From Ramazzottius varieornatus (lineage: Eukaryota; Animalia; Tardigrada), in NCBI GenBank assembly GCA_001949185.1, contig BDGG01000005.1, forward strand, positions 1,477,249-1,541,248: a stretch of DNA of 64,000 nt, in the 5' to 3' direction. The translations under genes were made by a program, and so were the position numbers. The notes beneath the pieces are model-generated. The model ran no database searches. It was not told the DNA's origin and was given only the letters and a program-made list of their open reading frames with translations. Every line of letters begins with the position of its first letter. The first letter of the stretch is position 1. This document shows positions 39,064-52,400 of this stretch, piece by piece.

Positions 39064-40962
39064 ATGGCTTTCATGTTCAACTTCTCGTTCCCCGAGTTAT
39101 CCGATCTGACAGAGGGGAATGTGTTTCACGGAGCAGCACCCAGTACAGCCGCTGCAGCGCAGCCGGAAGAAGAGCGGAAAGCATCGGAATCGACCACCGG
39201 AAGTCGATCGGATGTCTATGATTTAACCCAATCTGGGACGGTCGAGGACAAGAAACTGCTGCCTTTCAAAGAGCATAGGGTGTTCAGGCAGACTGACGAG
39301 ACAACGGCGTCGGACGAGGTGAAGCTGGATACGGCGCTGCTCCTTTCTGCAACAGTGATTCCAGGTATGCCATAGTAAGTTTTGCATCAAGTGGCGCATA
39401 GCGCGTAATGGTTTGTGTGTTGTGCCTCTTTTAAAATATTGAACGAACATCGAAGCTGACGAGATGAGGTGATGTCAAGCGCGACAGTTCGGGGTAGCGA
39501 AATTGTAAAATTTAATTAAATGAAAACACCAGACCATCGGAACCCCAAACCGTCCATCACGTGGTCTTTTGTTCAGTTAGTGCACAGTAAATGGCACGTG
39601 ACTCGATGACGTCTTTGCGGCACGGCCTTGAACGTCAACTGGATTCAGCAGCTATTCGGAACCCCTCAAACCCTCAGTCACGTGCGATGATTGTCGAGTA
39701 GCATAGCGAAAATATCAGGTGGATGAACATACGTAGTTGGGCACGACTTTCGGTTCTGAGATTGCAGAAACGGAATGGAACACTCTTGCTGTTGGCGACA
39801 TCACCTTGCAGTTCGTGTCTCCTGAGTGGCTTGATCGGAAACTGTATAACCTTCCGGAGGCAGAAGTGACCAGTGAAGGAGCAACCGCCTCGGACATTGT
39901 TCCAAACGTCTATGAAGGTCCCTGTTGCCTTAAGAGCAGTCGAACGAGCGCCGCAGACGCGGTTGACCGCCGTTAGTGAAGTAATTGTGTGTTTTTTTCT
40001 GGTTCACAGGAGGTTTCCGAGTATGGGATGGAGCTTGCGACATGCTTTCCTTCCTCGTGACGAGCGACCATGTGATCTTAAAAGACAAGAAGGTTTTAGA
40101 GGTAAGGACATTAGTTTCGTTTTGTGAAATAATAACATCAGTTTTATTCTCTCATCTTATTATTTGGTGGGTGTTAGCTAGGCTGTGGTGCAGGTTTACC
40201 AGGAATCTTCGCTCTACTGCAAGGCGCCGATGTGTACTTCCATGATTACGTAAGTCTGTACAGTATCAGCTGCGTATGCTCGATTCCCCACACGAGAAGG
40301 AACTCTTGACGCTTGATAGTTGTACTTTTTGTAGAACGCAGAAGTAATCCAGTCAGCCACAATTCCGAACCTTCAACAGAATGTGCTCGTGGCAAACAAG
40401 ACGGTCCGATCTGAGGTAGCTTCGAGAACCCATTTCTTTAGCGGCGACTGGTTGTCTTTCGCTGAGCAGTTGAATTCAACCAAAGGCGACCACATGAACG
40501 AGGATGTCAGCAGAGAAGATAAAGCTATGTAAGAAGCTGGATGGTCAGCGCAGGCACCGTACAAAACGATGACGGGGTTTCTTCTTCTGTTGCGGCAGGT
40601 ACGACGTGATACTGACCAGTGATACCGTTTATCGGAAGGATGTTCTCCAGAAACTCTGCTTCGTCCTTCCGCTGCTCCTCCGAAAAGAGGGAACAATGTG
40701 TGTATTATTCCATATCGCTTTAACAAAGAGAAAGATAATACTTAGGTTCACAATGATTTCCAGATACCTGGCCGGAAAGTCACACTACTTCGGACTGGAC
40801 GGAGGTACGGACGAACTGAGAATGGAGCTTTCAAAACAGAACAAATTGGAAGTTATCGCTTCGAAAGAGTACCCTGATTGCGTACGGAGGGAAGTGCTGA
40901 CCATTCGATGGAAGCCGAAGACAAATGATTCCGCATCATCTACAAGAAGCTTCAACTCGTAA
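39064..40962 (+). CDS. METTL18: Histidine protein methyltransferase 1 homolog
   Basis: MAFMFNFS start; DIVPNVYEGGFRVWDGA; KKVLELGCGAGLPGI; FHDYN; FFSGDW; YDVILTSDTVY; LAGKSHYFGLDGG. Confidence 0.88.
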
Positions 40963-41090
40963 TGTATGCTCATCTCCCCAACTTTAGTTTACTCTTAGAC
41001 ATCTGCGACTTCTTCCCGAAAGGTTTCATATTAGACACAGAAAAGTGACGGGTTCTTTCGACGACCAGACAATTAAAGAAAAGAAAACTA

Positions 41091-42226
41091 TTACTGGTTT
41101 GAAGCTACAGGATCATCGCCTACCGGCGGCACAAAGTCTGAAGAGGACATGGACTCCATTATAGATTCAGAAGGAGAAGGATCTGAGGGTTCTGCAGCTT
41201 TGGCCGCAATAAAGGTATTTTGAAAAGTTTCTAAATCGGAAGAGTCAATGGCTTGAGAGAAGAAGTGAAGATATGCGAGAAGGTTCTCAATTACCCTGGA
41301 ACAAAAAACAAATGCGTTTGAATTCATAATTCGGATCAGATACACGTTAGGACGAAGTATGACTGAATGGCGCGCACGATTTACCTGGTGTGATCAGTTC
41401 GAGGGTTGGTTCCGGGGACAAGAGCGCGAATCTTTAGGATGGCGGCTGCGGAACGCCCTCTGAGAATAGAAGCAGCAACCCTAAGTTTACAGCCCGAATG
41501 TTATTTTCTGTACTGTGTGAAATGCAATGGAAAGAAGGAAGTGTTTCACGTACCTACCGTCTCCGAGAAGCTCGGACGGCTCGAGTCTTTGCCTGCGCCG
41601 GAGTTTCCTTCCGAGCTCGCTTATTTGTGCCCTTATTCGCAGCAGCTCCCTTCTTGCCTCGTCCGGTAGTTGCGGGGATTTCACCTGCTAATCATCGAAC
41701 ATGACCGTTAGGCTCGGTAACATTACCACAATAAGAAGACCAACAAACCAACGAAGGGATGAATGCTGTGGGAGGTCGGATCACCAGACTGCGCTTCTTT
41801 CATCATACACCAGCACACGGCGACCCACGGTAAATGTGTGGACTGTCGTACGTAGGTGTGACAAAGACGTCCAGTTTAGCTGGACAACGTTCACTGCGTC
41901 GCCAAATCGTAAACAAATGCTAATAATAGCGAACCTTCAATCCCGTCAGCATACTGCGAAGATTCCTGGCCTTCGGTGCCATGTTTCTTGGTATCGACGA
42001 TGGCTGCTTCCTCCTTTGCCACTTGGGTGTCCTGCGGCTCGTCAATGACTAATTTACGTTCGCCTGCATCTTCCTCTGTGTCGACTGAAGCCGGACGTTT
42101 GATCCCCTGGATGACCGGGACGGGCGAACTGTCCTTGGTGACTGGTGAAGTTTCCTGGACGGTTTCATCTGCCTTTGGCGTGACTGTGGCAGTAGCGGTG
42201 GCAGCGGTACTGGCCTCGACTTCCAT
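41091..42226 (-). CDS. Uncharacterised protein (acidic/disordered N-terminus, helical C-terminus); internal exon structure uncertain
   Basis: ORFs MEVEASTAA..., ...EARRELLRIRAQISELGRKLRRRQRL..., RVAASILRGRS..., RVIENLLAYLHFFSQ...SNQ* are bordered by GT/AG sites. Confidence 0.55.
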
Positions 42227-43153
42227 CTCAAACGGATGCTCAAAGGGACTGTGGTACTGAAGCGGGCTCAAAGTCGGGAAAAACAAGTCAAACTAGGACG
42301 ATCAATTTGAAGTTTCGAAAACAGATAAGGTTCGAAATGGAATATCAGAATGTCCGTGACAACCTGGTCGGTTTCATGTAACTTGACAGCAATCTGTAAA
42401 AGTTGCCGAGCGACGCTAGACGGTAGACTTTGGGACGATTCCTGCGAAAGTACAATCAGCCCAATCACGGGAAAAAAGCGCCGTTCCGACGGTTCCGTAT
42501 AATACGGTGAAGCGCACTAAAAGTCTTGTACGTAGCGGTGACGGCGCAGGGAAGTGACCTGTTTTATTTCATTGATTTTCCGGACCCCCACCTGCACTCT
42601 TGCCTCTTGGCGGGAGAACGCAACACCTCTTTTTTCTCAGTGCAGTTGCGATAAATTTGAGCAGGCAATCGCTTAGGTGCCTTCCAGGAACAGATCCGTG
42701 GCATGGAATCCGTATCTCAGTCAACGCCGATACTTATGCATAGCTCATTATATTCGCAGAAATCAATTGCAGACCACGAAGGGTAAAGAGCGTCAGCCGA
42801 GGCTGCCGAGTACTTGCTCGAGGTTGCTAATAATAATTAGGTAATCGCTAATGGCTGCTCACAAGTTCCCAACGAGCAATGAAGTGCGGTCGATCTCTGC
42901 AAAGGCTTTACAAGTTCACCTATGTTTGCCAGAGACTGAGCGAACTCACATAAGCGAAATGATGGTAACGGACACTGTGATCATCCGAAAACGAACCGGA
43001 AGTCAGCATTAGTCGCTCGTTTCACCACGACCGTCTGTAGATCTTTCGCTTTCCTCCGCTCTAGATGAAGTCATCTCAGGAGAATCTGGCTTGGTCGGTT
43101 CAGTTTTGATCGTAGTTTGAAAGGACATAGGAACTGCGATGTGAGTGACGAAC

Positions 43154-45019
43154 ATGGAATATCGGTTATCTTGGTTGATCACTGTCTTGGTTTTTGCTTA
43201 CAAACTTCCTTGCTTATGTGCCGACAGTAAGAAGTCCATCTTTGAACTTTTAGGGCTATCATGACATAACTCAAACCTGGCGTATTGTACCTTGTAGTTG
43301 TGGACGTCAAGAACGCGGCATTGCAGAAGCCGGCTATCCAGAGTTCGACATTCCGGGACAACGTCGAAGTCTTTGGCGCTCGCTTGGCAAACGACGAATC
43401 CCCACAGACCTGCGCCAAAACTCAGTGGTCATGGATGCTGTTTTGGAGAGTGGACTTGATGGTACTTAAACCAAAACTTATTCCTCAATGTTCATATGTC
43501 TCCAGAGTGTCGCGCTCTTTCAGGATAACGCTGCTGTCGCTGGTGCCAACATCACTCTGCGATGGGAGTACTTCGGTAGCGTCGACAGTACGGTTACCCT
43601 CCCCCACCTTCTTCCCCTTAGGCCACCAACCGCGTTCTCACGACTAGTTACTTATGTGTGCTATCCCTCTTAGATCGGTTCTTGTACCAGGTGGAACTTC
43701 AAGTAGGAGATGAGAATATTCCGCTGGCCAGTTCCTGTGGAACTGAAGCTTTGTTGTTGGGTACTCGTACAGACAGGACAATTTCCGGCCATCGAGAAAA
43801 AGTACTCATTCTAACGATGGGTGTTTTTCCCCCCAGATAAACCCAACGAATACAACATCGAAATAGTTTGTCAGAATGTCACAGTCGGCAGGTTCGTGAC
43901 CATCAACGTGACACCGAGCTACGCGGGGACAGTCACAACCGGAAGTCCGCAGCTGACACTTTGCGACGTCAAAGTCTTCACGGTGGTCACGGACACCTCA
44001 TCCGGCGTTGCAGCCGACTCAAGTGGAGGCAACGACGCGCTGGTGGCGTCAAGTCATACCAGCGAGCTGATTGCCGAAGATGATCCCAAAGGAGGAAGTG
44101 GTCTTAGCTACCTACACTCCGACAGTCCTTCGACCGAATCGAACATGACACATTCCTTGTCCGACCGTGGGTCGCGAACCACTACGCCTAAGAGGAAAGT
44201 CTTTCGAGAGATTGTGACGAAGACCAAGATTGAACGTCTTCTTCGAGGAATGAAGACACCGGTGTCGGCGACAACGCCCAGACGCGAAAGTGTCATGGCG
44301 GACGATGATGACCAACGCCACAACATGGGGCCCACGCCTAACCTCGAAATCACTTCCGACGAAGGTACATTGACATTCCTTTCTCATATCTTGATGGTTC
44401 TTTGTTGACAAAGTGTAGGAATAATTGTTGTGGAGTAGGCGCTTTGGCTTTAGAAGTGATGGCACTGAAGGAAGACATGAATGCCAAACTACGCCTCATG
44501 CAACACTATGGTATGTCCAATATGATCAAGATAAACCGGAAGAAAGCGACATTGTAAAAGTGCCACAAGGCTACTGTAGATCCTCGATATTGACACTTAG
44601 GAACTTGACGCTTGCTCATCCCCATTAAATGATCCTTCTGGAAGATTCTATTTTCCCGTAGTGGTCTTTTCGAGTGTGGCTGTCGGTATACTGCTGCTGT
44701 TGGGTTTGTCCATTGGAATCTACATGATTTGGAGGTGAGCACAGTACATAATTTTGTAACTTTGCAAGAAGGAGCTAGATTTTCCTGGTGCAAGTAAAAC
44801 TCTTCTTTCAGGCTTACGTCAAGTGCAGCAACGGGAGAAATTCAGCCCGGGTCTTCCCAAGAGTTTTCCTTCAAGTCTCCGCCGTCGCCGTCTCCCCAAG
44901 TTGCGCTGAAGACCCTCCACCGACCAGGAACATTCAAACGTGTCACCGAGTTTCCTAAAGACTGTGTGCCGAAGGACGTGCGGCACGACGCATTCGTTGC
45001 ACGCGGACTCATGTTTTAA
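43154..45019 (+). CDS. Type I membrane protein: signal, F-type lectin (FTP) domain, Ser/Thr-rich stalk, TM, cytoplasmic tail
   Basis: MEYRLSWLITVLVFA; NAALQKPAIQSST, ARLAND, FWRVDL, GRFVTI, LTLCDVKV; TM exon ~44662-44733 VVFSSVAVGILLLLGLSIGIYMIWR; last exon ends RGLMF*. Confidence 0.8.
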
Positions 45020-45301
45020 TTCTCACCACAGAGCAAATCTAATATTTAACAGATCAAACTGGTTGGCTTGAACGGCCATTAAGGAAGAAGATGCAAGCAA
45101 GAAAATCAAAAAGAGAGCGTGGAGCTGCTAACAGGGCGAAATAATCACCCGTTCGCAATGATAACTCGTAAAACTCTGTAATGTTCAACATGCTTAGTAT
45201 CAAACAAGCAACAAAGGCGGTAGCTAAAACAATAATTTGTAACGTCGGAATTCATATTGTTTGTTCTTGGGTGACCTTAATCGTCGGTGAAGTCGAGAAA
45301 G

Positions 45302-45802
45302 TTATCGTTGATCGGAAGGAACTTCTTGGTAGTTGTTACCAGATGAGCGACGCTGCGAACGTTCGGCCAACTTCTGCTTCAGGCGATTTTCCAACTGTAA
45401 ATGTAACACTAAAAGGTTAGGTCTCACTCTTCTTGCGAAAACCAAGAATATCTTACCTTTGACAGTTCGATGTAGGCAGTTTCTGGTCCAATGGGATATT
45501 GGTCGCCGTCCACTTCGACGTCTCTGATTAACTCGCAGGAGATCACCTGGTTCATGTTGATCAAGCGTAAGTCATGCGTCTCCGGAGGCTGGTTTGGTCT
45601 ACGAGACTCTGTGCAGAAGGAGAAAGGAGCCTGGTTAGTAGGCGAACGGTCTTTATGAGCGGAGGATAAGGAGCAACTTACTCAAGAGGAGCATTCGCTG
45701 TGTGCCATCGCAGACGATGACTTCTCCGACGATTTCGTGCTTCAGGCTAGTGACAATGCGCACCTCGGAACCGGGGTTAAGGTAGTCGAGACTGATAGCC
45801 AT
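45302..45802 (-). CDS. LSM12: LSM12-like protein, Lsm domain only (121 aa); exons 45802-45682, 45608-45457, 45394-45302
   Basis: Spliced MAISLDYLNPGSEVRIVTSLKHEIVGEVIVCDGTQRMLLLK...HDLRLINMNQVISCELIRD...IELSKLENRLKQ aligns by eye with the LSM12 N-terminus. Canonical introns preserve frame. Not in the ORF track. Confidence 0.8.
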
Positions 45803-46233
45803 GGCTCAGTATTGTAGTTTCGCAGGATAGCAGCTCACTCGGGCAGGAAATTAGAGGACGGAAATGAAGGTTCGGTGTTGCATCAACAGTTGGCAATCAG
45901 CTGCGAACAGACGATCCACGAGTAGCTGCAGCTTCTGGAAGCTGACACCGTGCCTGCAAGGCACCAAGTTCCAACACGGCTACCTAGAAGTCAGAAGGTC
46001 AAGGATCAGGTTAACTTCAACCTGAAGGCGTAAGAGACCAGTAAGGAGCACAAAGTTGTGAAATGGGAACTGGGAAAGTGAGCAATAGGCATCAGCAAAG
46101 TTGAAGGCTGGAAGATCACATCAGCGTTCGGGATCACCAATGAATTAAGTCAACCTCATCTTCATTTCGTTTTACGGCTTGTGCTGAAATTTCCATGACG
46201 TCATAGCCCAGATCATGTAATTCGCCCGCCGCC

Positions 46234-46383
46234 TACTGTAAACATTCGCTGCATCCGCGCATTACGTCATTATCTCACGTTAAATATAGCCGCGGTCCGG
46301 TTTCACGAATTACGGAACCCCTACCGGGATGCATTATCACGTACCTGTACGTAGTGCGCGGATGTAGCCAATATTTACAACTA
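46234..46383. mobile_element. ~150-bp TA-flanked MITE (family T, copy 1)
   Basis: TACTGTAAACATTCGCTGCATCCGCGCA ... TGCGCGGATGTAGCCAATATTTACAACTA; homologous along its length to 54188-54336. Confidence 0.8.
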
Positions 46384-48157
46384 TGTAAATTCGCTCAACT
46401 TAATCGTAGTGCGTGCTATGGCCCCGGGGGACTAGTGTCACAGCAGGCGCCGTTCCAGGTACATATTTCCTGGCTGAGATTGTGATGTCATCAGGTAGTT
46501 AGTAATTCATTTTGGATAATTGGAACAGCTGTTCTTCTGTTCAGTCCGTTCTGCAAATGACGTCCCTTGCTCGCACAGTCAGAAGAGATGACAATACGGC
46601 TTACCACGATTACCGCAGCCAGTCGCTTGTTGATTGAAGAGATTCACACTGGAATCACTAGTATTGTCCGCTCTGGTACTGAAACGTGTATCTTTTCTTC
46701 CAGTGATCAGAATGGGACAGGCAATACCAAAATGATGCCAATAGTATACTCCATCGCGGTGAGGACGGAAAACATACAAAACATTTCGAGCGGAATCGTC
46801 CCCGAAACTCAAGCTTTCATCCCTTTCACTCTCCTGATCGTTCTGAAACTAACAGATGACGTCATGAGCCACTGACGTTGTTTTACACGAAATTCTGCGA
46901 ACGAAAGTTCGAGCTCAAGGATGGATTCCAGTCAGCCTGTTCTGCCTGGTTTTCGCCCTTGCTAAGATGCACTGTAATTCTGGTGTCATTTTGATATGTC
47001 GTTCGTGTCAGTTCGAGCACTGGAAGGAGAGATATATGTGTCGCTACCAAAGAGGAAAACACTGGAGACATCCCCATGGATTCCCTCAATCAACGGCATT
47101 GGCAATCAAGGAGCAGGTAGCAATGCACGCCCCTGTATCACAGCCGTGCCTGTGATGGCGCGCGGTAGCAGACCAAGATGGCGCACGAACCGGTGCACAG
47201 GCCGAGTGCAGCGCGACGTGTAGTTCCGTACAAGTGCATGTCAAACTGCCCTGGTGCGCTGGTAGGTTACGAAGCCTGTGGCGACCGAGTGCATCCTGGC
47301 ATGCACCTGCGGAAACTGCACATTGTGTAGTACCGAACAGAGGTCCTTGGATGCTTTTGGCCTGTCCTTGGACGCTACAAGCTGTGTATCTTCTCTCCAC
47401 CAAATCATCAACATGCTGTGTCACTTGTCTCAGCGCGGCCAAAGTGATACACGTGCAGAATGTACTAAAATTCTGATGGACAATCACGAGGAGAGTTGGA
47501 TGACGTAGGATTTCTCCACTGGGATTGGATAATGTAACTCCGCCCAAATAGAGGTAGAGGTGACGTCTAGGTCACGTGCTGTAGTCGCGTATATTGCACA
47601 CGTGACTTGTGACGACGTACGCAGCATCGGTGGGTAACAGCACTTGCATGTGTGAAAATGACAAGATTGAAAAGGAAACCTGTTCGAATAGATGTCTGAT
47701 TGGTTTGGTGGAAGTATGCCATATCAGACATGTGTGTGTAGGATCGTGGTCTTAAGTGTTATTCGAGTACAGTTTGTAACACGTAATTAACTTTACTACT
47801 GTATTAATTATTCTACCGGCTTGCAGTGGCCGCACATGTTTTTTCCTTTGAGCAAAAAGATAGCCCTCAAAATCTAACATTTAAACGGAACAACGGATCC
47901 GGCAGAAAGTTGCTTGACAGAGTGGGAAGAAAAGTCAAAGCTGCGTCAGTTCACTGAGAGCAATGCTGAACACTAGCCAGAACAAATTTGCTGCTTTCTC
48001 CACTGGTAAAAGAACCCCATAGCCTGCCAAACCCAACTCTCCGCGTGATTGTGCTATGCTATCCAATGCTATAAAGCCTGGCATGCCAAACAGCTTCGGC
48101 ACGTGTATCACTCTGGAGCAGCGAAGCTGACAGCTGTTGACGCACTCTGACGTAACT

Positions 48158-48218
48158 GCAAATTTGCAAATTTGCAAAAATTGCAAAAATTATAAAAATT
48201 ATAAAAATGCAAGAATTA
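48158..48218. repeat. Short AT-rich tandem repeat (GCAAATTT / GCAAAAATT / ATAAAAATT units)
   Basis: gcaaatttgcaaatttgcaaaaattgcaaaaattataaaaattataaaaatgcaagaatt. Confidence 0.7.
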
Positions 48219-48693
48219 ATGTTTGTTTGTTTTTTTGCGTTTCAACTCTGAAGTCTCTGATCTTCGTCGTCGTCGTGTTTCTCTCCGGGCCTTGAGACCT
48301 GGGCCTGTAATGAGATCATACGTGAGATCATACGCAACTCTTCCGACGGGATCGCAGAGTATCACGGACAATCATAGCGGACGATCTGAGATCGCGATTC
48401 GGGATCGCACCTGTTGAGCAAACAAACGTGTGGTGCTTATCAGGTAAATATTGCCAGACATCCCTCGTAGACTGAGATGATCATAGATTCATTGCCTTTT
48501 TTAGTTTTGCAGATTATCGGATGCATCATTGATCATTTCGGGTGTTGATGCCAACTATAATAATTATGTCTTTTACTATCTCGTAGCTGGTGTTCTCGTC
48601 GTCGGTATAGCTGAGTTGTCCACCCGAAGTGGGCTTCCCTAATCTCACACTGACAGTTCCCGACACCCTTAGCATCTTTCGGCTCACTTCCAA

Positions 48694-49117
48694 ATGGCAA
48701 CTAACAGACCCATCGCATTCAACAGCCTGGAGTCTGTAGGTGAGCTTAATTGTGGAAGGTATTGGTCTGTGTCGTGTTCAGAGTAAGACTTGGTGCTATA
48801 TAGGCAATCTGTTAGAGCCAGTTGCAAGGCTGCGATCTACTGTACCTTGTCTGGTTCTAGAATGGAAGTTGGGCGTGACTGCCTCATCGAGCGAAAGTCA
48901 GAGAATCGGTCAGACGTTCGTCCAAGTCAAGATGACGGTGCAGACCGGAGGCAAATCGTGCACGCCGTTGGAGGACTCAAAGACCAGATGTGGGACCACA
49001 GCGTCAAAAGCGACCGATAGTTCCGATACCGTACAGATCGAGATGTCCATACCGAAGTTTTACGAGTTCTTGACTGAGATGGAAAAGGTAAAAGCTAGTC
49101 TTGACCACTTCAAATAA
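48694..49117 (+). CDS. COMMD7: COMM-domain protein, COMMD7-like, apparently COMM domain only; exons 48694-48739 and 48861-49117
   Basis: MATNRPIAFNSLESV|EWKLGVTASSSESQRIGQTFVQVKM...VQIEMSIPKFYEFLTEMEKVKASL matches the COMMD7 COMM domain pattern. Confidence 0.72.
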
Positions 49118-49477
49118 CCATGCATGCTACCTTGTTCCAAAACTTACATTTTGATTTCTTCGATTCTGATTATCCAACCGTTTCATACTGTCAGTATTAC
49201 ACCTTCCAAATTTCTGTGATGGTTCGCAATTTCGCATGTTTAGCTGGTTAATTCAGCGATCGAGATGACAGAGTACAGTTGCCTTTTGAAGTAATGCAGG
49301 CTTATCCAGCCGATCTTTGATCAATAAAGTAGCCGTAGAAACCGCGTCACCCTGTTCTTTAGTGGACGATTCCCATCTGGCTCGAGCTAAGCTGTAGTGT
49401 TCTGGCTAACTATCACGTCCTAATGATTTGTCACTGTCCCAATTTACCACTCAGGTCACTCCTTCATCGACCAAAAG

Positions 49478-52400
49478 ATGTCCCATCAGTATGCATCCTG
49501 TTTCACACAACGTTCTGTTGGACAGACTGGGCGAAGTACCCTAAATTGACTGATTGTATTGTAGGTACTACGCCGACTTATGGCGGCAAGCTCATCTAGA
49601 GCTAGACGCGCTGCTGATGGAGGACAAGATGGACCTGTTCAGCAAGCTCAAAAATGAGGTTCGCCAGCATACCTCAAGCTCTTCGTCTCCTACGGCATCA
49701 AGTGACGGGCTGTTTTGCAGTTGCCCCGGCTGATCTTCGAAGTCCTCGCCGGACTTTACTTGCGCTACTTACAAGTATACAAGAAGTTCGATGCCTGTCT
49801 CGATCAGATAGCCCATCCCCAGAAACGCATCCTGCTCCGTAACATTGTCGGTAAGTCTCGAACGTCCCTATTATGTTTCGGCGTTACACGAATGATGAAT
49901 AAGCATGGTGTAGTCATATGCATGAACCTGCATACACGTTAGTCGTATTAAAATCGGAACTTTGTGTATGCAGGATAGTGCGAGATGGTCCTCGTCATCT
50001 TGCGTTCTTCCGCTAAGCTGCTCGATCTACGTAAAGCCAGGAAACTCGTTGAAGCACCTCAAAGTTTATTACAATTATGTTTTTTTCTTTGAACAGAGTC
50101 GCTAATTGGACGGATTCAGGAGCTAAAGTTCGAGATGGTCAACGTGGAGCAGTCGGATTTTCAGTACCTGTACAACTACGCCATGGAACTTGGGCATTCC
50201 ATCACGGACTTGGAACTGGTACCGCCACGGTACATCTTGAACGACCGTTACGACAACCTCCAAGAACGCGATGCTCTGTTGGAGAAGTACGCCGAGAAGC
50301 GAGAGTCCATTCTGATCCGGAAGAGAGCCATGAAGGCCGCTCAAGCCCCTAGTCACTCCGCCGAGGAGATGGCTCTCCGGATGGAACGATCACGTCAAGC
50401 TTGGCTGTACGTTTCTGGACTGATCAAGAGTCGGAAAGACACTCTGAAAAACCGAGAAGCTCACAAGAAGTTCACGGGATCTTACTCAGCGGCACATATC
50501 GATGCCGCTCTCAGAATTCAAGCGGTAAAAACCCCGTCACTAAAACAACGTTGAAGGAAAATTTAACAGATGTGAAAGCAAGTTTAATTTTTGTAGAAAT
50601 AAGAATGAAATTGCGGGAGTCAAAAAGATGGTGTTAGAGTACGGTTGTGATTTTGCTTTATAGTTTTGGAAGGCCGCAAAAACCGGGAAGTTGACCAGGA
50701 ACCTTCGCCGGAAAGAACTTCAAGTCCTCAACGTAGTTCCCAGCGATTCCAACCACACTCTAGAGCACGAAGCCACAATAGAAGCCATCAAAGAAGAGCG
50801 CCGAGAACTCCAAAGACGAAACCAGAAGCAATATGAAGAGCAACAGGGCGTGATCAAAGAACAGCTGAAAGACACGGAGACCCCCGGCATAGTCAATCAC
50901 ATCGAGACGCAGATTCGTCAATGGTTCTTGGAGTACCGGGATGCCACCGGGTCATTTCCCGACTTCCCTTCGGTTGAAGACGGTGGTTCTGCTTCGTTGC
51001 TCGAGAAGAAGAACCCACAGGAGATCGCAGCTGAACTGGACAAGCTCCGGTTGGAACGGGAGAAGGCCGAAGCGGAAGCGGCGGAGGAAGCTCGCTTGGC
51101 GGCAGAGGGAAAAGGGAAAGATAAGAAAGGGAAGGGGAAGGGAAAGGATGGGAAGGATAAGAATGGTGGGAAGGACGATAAGAAGAAGAAGGAAAAGGAA
51201 GATAAGAAGAAAAAGGGCGCGAGCAAGGATAAAGACAAGAAAGGAAAAGGCAAAAAGAAAGGTAGTTTGGGACGTGGGCAAATGGTTTGAACTTGATCGT
51301 TTTTTCGAGTGGCACACTCTTTCAGCCAATAACAATCGAGACGTGCGCCACTTGAGATGACGATCTGGTTCCATTCCTTTCCACCGTATGTAAGGTGTAG
51401 TGATGTAATGTAATGGTGGGTTGCTGATGTTACGATCATACGATGATTATGATGTAAGGGTAAATGTGACGGTTTGTTTCGTTGCAGGTAAGGACAAAGA
51501 GGATCTTGGTTGGAAGCCGCTGATTCCCCAGTCAGCTTTCATCCCCACCATGCACGAATCCATGATTATCTACCACGACTTCTGGGAACGTCGAGACGAC
51601 AAAGCCAACCTCAGCCAAGAGTTCGACTCGGACATAGTCCGTGCCGAGAAGCGCAAAGAACTTAAGGACGAACTCCGCGTCGAAGTGGACGAGAGCATGC
51701 GCAAGGAAGTCGACTACCTCAAACTTTCCATCGACGGCCAGAAACCCAAGAAGAAGAAGAAAAAAAAGAAAGGTAAGAAAAAGGGCAAAAAGAAGAAAGA
51801 GAAGGACTTAACACCCAATCGCACACTCGAGTCCATCTTCGAAGAGCTCGCCATGAACAACATACTTCAGTCATACCCACAAGTCCAGATGAAAGACTAT
51901 TGGGGTAGTGTTCGCTTCATCGGTGAACAGCTATGTGAAGCCAACTATGATTTCGATAAGCCTTTAATGCCACAGGCTGAAGAGATCAGGAACGCGCTAG
52001 TCCATTACTGCATACTTCCCACTGTCAGTATAACCGTCAGAGAGAAGGTTCCTCCAGTCAAGTCCTTGCTATTAGCGGGTCCGCCGCATAACGGCAAGCA
52101 TATGTTGGCGGATGCGGTGTGTACGGCACTGGGTGCGACGAAGTTCCAGCTGGATCTGAATTACTTCAAGTCGATGTACAAAGGCAAAGCGGGAATTACA
52201 ATGCTGTTGCATTTGATAAGGAAGTTGGGAAGGGTATTCCAACCTAGTGTGATTGTTATTGACCATGCCGAGTACCTGTTCAGTAAGAAAGCTCCGAAGA
52301 CATTCAAATCAGAATACAAAGGTACGTTGTAAATTTTCAGATTGGATTTAGGCATTAGCTAAACGAACTCGACAAGATCGTTTTCCAAGTGGCGCACGTT

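Noticed and set aside
46567-47547. Cys-rich short ORFs (CILACTCGNCTLC), superficially cystine-knot-like
   Set aside because: Cysteines are spread across different frames with stops; no signal peptide or coherent splice model.
50893-51439. Long antisense Phe/Ser/Leu-rich ORFs
   Set aside because: Shadow frames of the Lys-rich IQCA1 exon.
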